From contig CAVQRZ010000022.1 of assembly GCA_963715335.1 (NCBI GenBank), forward strand, positions 96,001 through 160,000: a stretch of DNA of 64,000 nucleotides, written 5' to 3'. Source of the DNA: an uncultured delta proteobacterium. Its GTDB lineage: Bacteria; Desulfobacterota; Desulfuromonadia; Desulfuromonadales; BM103. This document shows, piece by piece, positions 58,402-64,000 of this stretch (the first letter of the stretch is position 1; each line of letters opens with the position of its first letter). The position numbers were made by a program, and so were the translations under genes. The notes under the pieces are model-generated. The model ran no database searches and was not told the DNA's origin. It was given only the letters and a program-made list of their open reading frames with translations.

Positions 58402-60780
58402 ATGCCAAAAAGTGATCGTAAAACCGAGGATGGGACTACGCAGAGGCAGGGCTTTCGCCACGGCCAAAAGGAATCGAGCCAGACTGACGAAAGGTTGCAG
58501 CGGGTTTTCCTGTTACTGGTGCTGGTCACACTACTGACCTTTATCATTGTGCCGAAGGGCGCTCTGACGCCCACGGAGTTTATCGCCGGGGATATTGCTC
58601 CGCACGATATCAAAGCACCTCGTGACCTCCTGATCCCTGATGAAAATCTGACCCGGCAGAAACGTGAGGAGGCGGAGAGAAGCGTTGCCAACCTTTATGA
58701 CTTTGATACGACGACAGGAGAGTTAATTGCCGGACAGGTTGCCCAGATTCTTACCGCGTTAAAGGTTGCTTCTGAACGTGAGCTGCCGGTAGATCAACAG
58801 CTCGCCGATCTGGAATCCAGTTTTGGTGTTAAAACTGATCGCAAGGGGTTTGCCGCTTTGCAGGAGTTGTCATCAAAGGATGACAGCAGTATTCGCATTT
58901 CGCAGACCATAAAGCAAATTTATCGGCAGAAAATTGCCGGCAACCTCAAGCTCTTCGAAGCGGATCGCCCGAAAGGCGTAGTCTTTCGCCAACTGGATTC
59001 CCAGACGGAAGCCACCGATAACGGCAACGAGACGGTTGTGGGCCTGGGCCAACTTCAGGACCTGCTGAAAAAAGCGCTTGCCGGCGCTCGTTTCCCGGCC
59101 AACCAGGAGAAGGCCTTGAATGAGCTGATCCTGCCGATGCTGCGGCCGAATATCTCTTTTAACCAGAATGAGACTGAAGCCCGCAGAAAAGCCGCAGGTG
59201 AAGTTGTCAAGCCGGTGCTCATCCAGGTCAAAAAAGGAGAGATGATTGTTCGCGAGGGAGATCGCGTCTCGATTGACCAGGAGAGTCGGTTGGGAGCTTT
59301 GCAGGATGGACACAATACCGTTTCGCTCTGGCGTAACGCCATGGGCCTCCTGCTGAGTAGTTTTCTGTTGATTTACTTCTCCCACACTTTTGCCCGACGC
59401 AATATCCGCAAATACCGGCCGGAAAACCGAGACCTGGTATTCCTGTCCTCGGTGTTCGTGGTGCACATCCTCATACTGAAGATTTCCATCTTCATTTCAT
59501 CGGCACTGGGTAGCGCTTTTCCGTACGTAGAACAGAACGCTTACTTTTACTTGTTCCCGTTTGCGGTCGGCACCATGCTGGTGCGCATCGTTCTTAATTC
59601 TGAAGTCTCGCTGGTCTTTGCAATCCTGACGGCGATCATCACTGGTGTGCTCTTCGGCAACAGCTTTGCGATTATGCTCTTCGCCTTCCTGACCAGCCTG
59701 GCCGGGGCTCACTGGGTGCGCCATGTGAATGAGCGGTCATCCCTGTTTCGAGCCGGGTTCAGGCTCGGCATGTTCAATTTCACATTATTGATCGCCTTGC
59801 ACCTGATGACCAGCAAGCCGTTCGACCTGCAGCTGCTTTGCAAGCTGGTCTTCGGTTTTTCCGGCGGCCTCGCCGCGGCGATCATGGTTACGGGGATCGT
59901 TCCCCTGGTCGAATCAATTTTCCGTTATACGACAAACATCAAGTTGCTGGAACTTGCCAATATGAACACCCCGGTGTTGCGTGACCTCATGGTGCAGGCC
60001 CCAGGGACTTACCACCACTCGGTTATTGTCGGCAACCTGGCTGAGGCGGCTGCCGAAAATATCGGTGTCAACCCCCTGATGGTCCGGGTCGCCGCCTATT
60101 ACCATGATATCGGCAAGATCAGGAAGCCGCTCTATTTCATTGAAAACATCGGTGCGCAGGAGAACCGTCATGATAAACTTGCACCATCCATGAGTGCCCT
60201 GGTGCTGATGGCGCATGTTAAGGAAGGATCGGAAATGGCGCATGAAGCGCAGCTTGGCAAGGCGCTTAACGATATCATCCGTGAACATCATGGCACCAGC
60301 CTGATGAAATTCTTTTATGAGCGGGCAAAGAACAAAGCGGACCCGGGTGTTGAACAGGTCGACGAGCGGGATTATCGCTATCCCGGGCCCAAGCCGCAGA
60401 CCCGGGAGGCCGCATTGATCATGCTCGCCGATGCCGTTGAGGCTGCCAGCAGGACCTTGACCGATCCTACCCCGGCGCGGGTCCAGGGGATGGTGCAGAA
60501 GATTATCAACAATATCTTTATTGACGGTCAGCTCGATGAATGCGAGTTGACGCTTAAGGATATCCATAATGTTGCCAAGAGCTTTAACCTGGTGCTGGGC
60601 GGCATTTTCCACTACCGGGTTGACTACCCGGAACCGGTCAGCAAGGAGCGGATTTCAGAGAAAGGAACCCGGGGGGTTAATGAAGATCGCGATCGAAAAT
60701 CGTCAGAACAGGCAGAAAATAAAAAAGCTGCCCCTGCGAAGGGCAGCACGGAAGATCTTAAGCGTCTCGGGATGTCCTGA
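58402..60780 (+). CDS. 7TM-HD membrane phosphohydrolase (PgpH-like)
   Basis: Extracellular domain, ~7 TM segments, APGTYHHS, YYHDIGK, EHHGT and YRYPGPKPQ. Confidence 0.92.
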   Translation: MPKSDRKTEDGTTQRQGFRHGQKESSQTDERLQRVFLLLVLVTLLTFIIVPKGALTPTEFIAGDIAPHDIKAPRDLLIPDENLTRQKREEAERSVANLYDFDTTTGELIAGQVAQILTALKVASERELPVDQQLADLESSFGVKTDRKGFAALQELSSKDDSSIRISQTIKQIYRQKIAGNLKLFEADRPKGVVFRQLDSQTEATDNGNETVVGLGQLQDLLKKALAGARFPANQEKALNELILPMLRPNISFNQNETEARRKAAGEVVKPVLIQVKKGEMIVREGDRVSIDQESRLGALQDGHNTVSLWRNAMGLLLSSFLLIYFSHTFARRNIRKYRPENRDLVFLSSVFVVHILILKISIFISSALGSAFPYVEQNAYFYLFPFAVGTMLVRIVLNSEVSLVFAILTAIITGVLFGNSFAIMLFAFLTSLAGAHWVRHVNERSSLFRAGFRLGMFNFTLLIALHLMTSKPFDLQLLCKLVFGFSGGLAAAIMVTGIVPLVESIFRYTTNIKLLELANMNTPVLRDLMVQAPGTYHHSVIVGNLAEAAAENIGVNPLMVRVAAYYHDIGKIRKPLYFIENIGAQENRHDKLAPSMSALVLMAHVKEGSEMAHEAQLGKALNDIIREHHGTSLMKFFYERAKNKADPGVEQVDERDYRYPGPKPQTREAALIMLADAVEAASRTLTDPTPARVQGMVQKIINNIFIDGQLDECELTLKDIHNVAKSFNLVLGGIFHYRVDYPEPVSKERISEKGTRGVNEDRDRKSSEQAENKKAAPAKGSTEDLKRLGMS

Positions 60781-61135
60781 CGCACAGCTGTCAATCCTGA
60801 TTGTCGATGACGAGGCGATCCAGGTCATTAATCGTGATTACCTGGGGAAAGATCGACCAACCAACGTGATCTCCTTTGCCATGCAGGAGGGCGAAGGTGG
60901 GGGCGTCCAACCTGATCTGCTCGGCGACGTGGTGATCTCTGCTGAAACGGCGGCAAGGGATGCTGCCGAAGCGCAGACTTCTTTTGAGAGTGAACTATAC
61001 TTTCTTCTGCTGCACGGGATCCTGCACCTGCTTGGTTACGACCACGAGCGCGGCACGCAGGCCGAGGCAAAACGCATGGAAGAGAGAGAGCATGAAGTGT
61101 TTGCGTTGATACGTGAGGAGTTTCTGACCAAATGA
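60680..61135 (+). CDS. ybeY: rRNA maturation endoribonuclease
   Basis: PTNVISF, LGDVVIS and HGILHLLGYDH. Confidence 0.95.
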   Translation: MKIAIENRQNRQKIKKLPLRRAARKILSVSGCPDAQLSILIVDDEAIQVINRDYLGKDRPTNVISFAMQEGEGGGVQPDLLGDVVISAETAARDAAEAQTSFESELYFLLLHGILHLLGYDHERGTQAEAKRMEEREHEVFALIREEFLTK

Positions 61136-61842
61136 AAGGTGGGCCGACCAGGCCCAGTGGGTTTATCGAGAGCCTGAATTGTGCGATCGAAGGAATCCTC
61201 TGGGCGGTTAAAACCCAACGGCACATGCTGGTACACCTGGTTGCGGCCATTCTGGTCATGGTCCTCGCTTTGGTTTTACGCCTGACCCTGCACGAATTTG
61301 CCCTACTGTGCCTGGCAATTACCCTGGTTATCTTTGCTGAACTGGTCAACACCGCCATAGAGGTTGTGGTCGACCTCGTCTCCCCGGAGTTCCATCCTCT
61401 TGCACAACGGGCCAAAGATGTTGCTGCCGGCGCCGTTCTGCTCGCCAGTGTCGGTGCGATGGTTCTCGGTTACCTGGCCGTGTCGCGGTTTATTTTTGCG
61501 GCCGAGGTAAATCTTGGTCACGATTACATGAGAACAACGGGCAACCTGGCGATTATTTCGGTTGTTGTGGTCGTAGTGCTCGTGGTCCTTGTCAAAGCCC
61601 GGGTCGGACGTGGGACGCCGCTGCAGGGCGGCCTTCCGAGTGGTCACGCAGGTGTTGCCTTCTCCATAGCAACCTCGGTGGCCTTTGCCGATGTCGGTCT
61701 GCTCGTTATCATCTTGGCCTGGCTCCTTGCTGCTATGGTGGCCCAGAGCCGGGTTTTGCTGGGAGTTCACAGTTTTGTAGAAATAGTTGTCGGCAGCATG
61801 ATTGGTATTTGCACAACGCTGGTCATGCACCTGGCGTTTTAA
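61132..61842 (+). CDS. dgkA: Diacylglycerol/undecaprenol kinase fused to a PAP2 domain
   Basis: ELVNTAIE and AKDVAAGAV; PSGH and SR-x4-H PAP2 motifs. Confidence 0.85.
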   Translation: MKGGPTRPSGFIESLNCAIEGILWAVKTQRHMLVHLVAAILVMVLALVLRLTLHEFALLCLAITLVIFAELVNTAIEVVVDLVSPEFHPLAQRAKDVAAGAVLLASVGAMVLGYLAVSRFIFAAEVNLGHDYMRTTGNLAIISVVVVVVLVVLVKARVGRGTPLQGGLPSGHAGVAFSIATSVAFADVGLLVIILAWLLAAMVAQSRVLLGVHSFVEIVVGSMIGICTTLVMHLAF

Positions 61843-62018
61843 AAGCGGGTTATGGGGGTTGGGGCCGAGAGGCTGGAGCGAATGGACTTCAGGCATAGAC
61901 GGACCCATCAGGGTCGCTTGGTCTAGAAGTATTTAAATTCTGAGGTTCGAGATTAGTTTGATAGCCAGCCCCCAGTCACCAGACTCCGAACTCTGTAACT
62001 ATGAAGGGAGTAGTTTGC

Positions 62019-62876
62019 TTGGAAGATGACAATACAGCAAGTCGCAGCTCGTGGTTCGAGTCCCTGGTCATGAAACTCAGGGGGCGATCGAGGGCCTTGA
62101 CGGAGAAGGAACTCCAGGAGGCCATCAACAGCTCGGAAGAAGAGGGCATCCTTAACGAGTCTGAAGGGGATATGCTGCAGTCGATCTTCGAATTCGGCGA
62201 CACCATCGTCCGCGAGGTGATGGTGCCGCGGACCGACATGGTCTGCTGTCCCGCCGATTCGAACCTCAGTGACTTTTTGGCCCTGATTATTCATTCCGGG
62301 CATTCACGTGTGCCGCTTTACGAAGGGTCGATGGACAAGATCGTCGGCGTCGTCTACGCGAAGGACTTGCTGCGCAACTGGGGGGCCAGAGATGAAACCA
62401 TGTCACTGATCGACGTCATGCGAACGCCCTACTTTATTCCTGAAACCAAGCGCATCGAAGATCTGCTAATGGATTTTCGCACCCGGCGGGTGCATATGGC
62501 GATCGCCGTGGACGAATATGGCGGTACCTCCGGGCTGATTACGATCGAGGACCTGATCGAAGAGATTATCGGGGATATCCAGGATGAGTACGATCGTGAG
62601 GTCCCCCGGGTACAGGAACAGAAGGATGGCACCTTGCTGGTGGATGGCAGGACCAGCGTCGAGGAGCTCGAGGAATACTACGAAATAGAAATACCACGGG
62701 AGAAGTTTGATACGGTCGGAGGTTACATCTTCCATTTGCTGGGACACGTGCCTAAGGCCGGTGAGAGAGTCCGTGGCTACGGCCTGGTCCTGATGGTAGA
62801 AGAGTCCGATGAGCGTAAAATCGGCGTGGTTCGTGTCTGGCGCGATGTCCAGGCGGATAAGGACGCCAACGAGTAA
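62019..62876 (+). CDS. corC: CorC/HlyC CBS-domain Mg/Co transporter-associated protein
   Basis: VREVMVPR, HSRVP, VDEYGG and EDLIEEIIGDIQDEYD; TTG start after GGGAG. Confidence 0.88.
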   Translation: MEDDNTASRSSWFESLVMKLRGRSRALTEKELQEAINSSEEEGILNESEGDMLQSIFEFGDTIVREVMVPRTDMVCCPADSNLSDFLALIIHSGHSRVPLYEGSMDKIVGVVYAKDLLRNWGARDETMSLIDVMRTPYFIPETKRIEDLLMDFRTRRVHMAIAVDEYGGTSGLITIEDLIEEIIGDIQDEYDREVPRVQEQKDGTLLVDGRTSVEELEEYYEIEIPREKFDTVGGYIFHLLGHVPKAGERVRGYGLVLMVEESDERKIGVVRVWRDVQADKDANE

Positions 62877-64000
62877 ATGAGACGTTTCCTGCCTGATAGT
62901 TTAACCTGCGCCAGTGCTTTGTCCGGGATCCTTCTGGCGTGCTCTTTCCCGCTGCCAAATTTTACCGTGCTCGCATGGTTTGGCATGATCCCCCTCATAT
63001 TGGTGATGCGGCGGCGCCCTTTTAAGAGTGGTTTTACTGCCGGACTGGTTTTTTTTGCCGCGACCCTGTACTGGGTGAATATTGTCATGACTACCTACGG
63101 CCACCTGCCGCCGGGCGTCTCGTTCATCCTTTACCTGCTCCTGGCCGCCTACCTGGCCCTTTACTGGGGAACTGCGACATGGGCCGCGTGTCGACTCAAG
63201 GAATCCAGGGGTTACCCTTACGCCATGACCTTGCCGGTACTCTGGGTTGCCATGGAATTTCTGCGCGAGTTCCTGCTCACCGGATTCCCCTGGGCAACGC
63301 TCGGTTATTCTCAGCACGACTGGTTGACAACGATCCAGTCTGCCGACCTGTTCGGTGTGTATGGCCTGAGTTTTCTGATCGTCTTTTGTAACGCGGCTTT
63401 TGCTGAGAGCCTACAGATGTTATGGCGGCAGAACTACCGGGATCTCCCGGTCAAAGCGCTGATTGCGGCTGTCGTTCTGCTTGTGTCCAATTTCGGCTAT
63501 GGCTACTGGCGCCTGCAGCAGGATCTGGACGGCAGGACCGAATCGCTGCAGACCGCCCTGGCCCAGGGGAATATCCCGCAGGACCTCAAATGGCGACCTG
63601 AGAACCAGCTGAATACGGTTAAGACCTATCGTGACCTGTCTTTACGGGCCGAGCGAGTCGCTGCAAAGGCCCTGATTGTATGGCCGGAAGCAGCCATGCC
63701 GTTTTACTTCCAGGATGGCGGCCAACTGGCCGAGTCGGTTAGTCTCCTACCCGTTGAGACAGATGCTTTCCTTCTCTTCGGCAGTCCGGCATATCAAAGG
63801 GATGCTGCCGGCTTACGCTACCTGAACAGTGCCTTCCTGCTGTCACCGTCTGGTATGATCATCGGCCGCAGCGACAAGACCCATCTGGTGCCGTTCGGCG
63901 AATATGTACCGTTGAGCGGGTTCCTGCCGTTTGTCAACAAGTTGGTGGTTGGCATCGGTGATTATTCGCCCGGTGAGATCAATCCTTTACCGATCAAGGG
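62877..64000 (+). CDS. lnt: Apolipoprotein N-acyltransferase (3'-partial)
   Basis: Manual translation: MRRFLPD..., TGFPWATLGYSQ, QGNIPQ, VWPEAA and KTHLVPFGEYVP; runs off the window. Confidence 0.95.
   Translation, partial: MRRFLPDSLTCASALSGILLACSFPLPNFTVLAWFGMIPLILVMRRRPFKSGFTAGLVFFAATLYWVNIVMTTYGHLPPGVSFILYLLLAAYLALYWGTATWAACRLKESRGYPYAMTLPVLWVAMEFLREFLLTGFPWATLGYSQHDWLTTIQSADLFGVYGLSFLIVFCNAAFAESLQMLWRQNYRDLPVKALIAAVVLLVSNFGYGYWRLQQDLDGRTESLQTALAQGNIPQDLKWRPENQLNTVKTYRDLSLRAERVAAKALIVWPEAAMPFYFQDGGQLAESVSLLPVETDAFLLFGSPAYQRDAAGLRYLNSAFLLSPSGMIIGRSDKTHLVPFGEYVPLSGFLPFVNKLVVGIGDYSPGEINPLPIK

Noticed and set aside
60680..60780. 101-bp overlap of the 7TM-HD gene and ybeY as a frameshift
   Set aside because: Both proteins are complete; the overlap encodes only a low-complexity tail of the HD protein

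Overview
Bacterial chromosomal DNA, most likely from a Desulfuromonadia (Desulfuromonas/Geobacter-like) organism. That assignment is inferred from protein content and from the phoH-7TM/HD-ybeY-dgkA-corC-lnt gene order. The window has four blocks. (1) 1-31 kb is a large chemotaxis/two-component cluster (cheY, cheR, cheA, two cheW, cheB, cheD, STAS, four MCP-type proteins, three histidine kinases, a sigma54 activator, three orphan solute-binding proteins) with several sigma54-type promoters. (2) 31-42.5 kb holds housekeeping and miscellaneous genes (acnB, CBS-DUF294, agmatinase, bioA, DedA, HD protein, MFS, ferredoxin) separated by short-period intergenic repeats. (3) 42.8-54.8 kb has a PilS/PilR-like pair followed by a minor-pilin/PilY1 operon. 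(4) 55-64 kb has a symmetric non-coding element, eno and the phoH...lnt operon. About 11 single-base indels split 7 otherwise intact genes and are most likely sequencing or assembly errors. The most interesting observations are: a histidine kinase lacking its phospho-His and ending in a receptor-like pentapeptide; a soluble MCP-like protein with a CheZ-like motif; an MshEN-like motif in CheA; two tandem [sigma54 promoter - binding protein - hairpin - MCP - cheW] cassettes sharing an enhancer palindrome; a stand-alone secreted protein homologous to a module inside PilY1; and a nested-palindrome non-coding element at 55.2-55.9 kb. No rRNA, tRNA, CRISPR array or transposase was seen.
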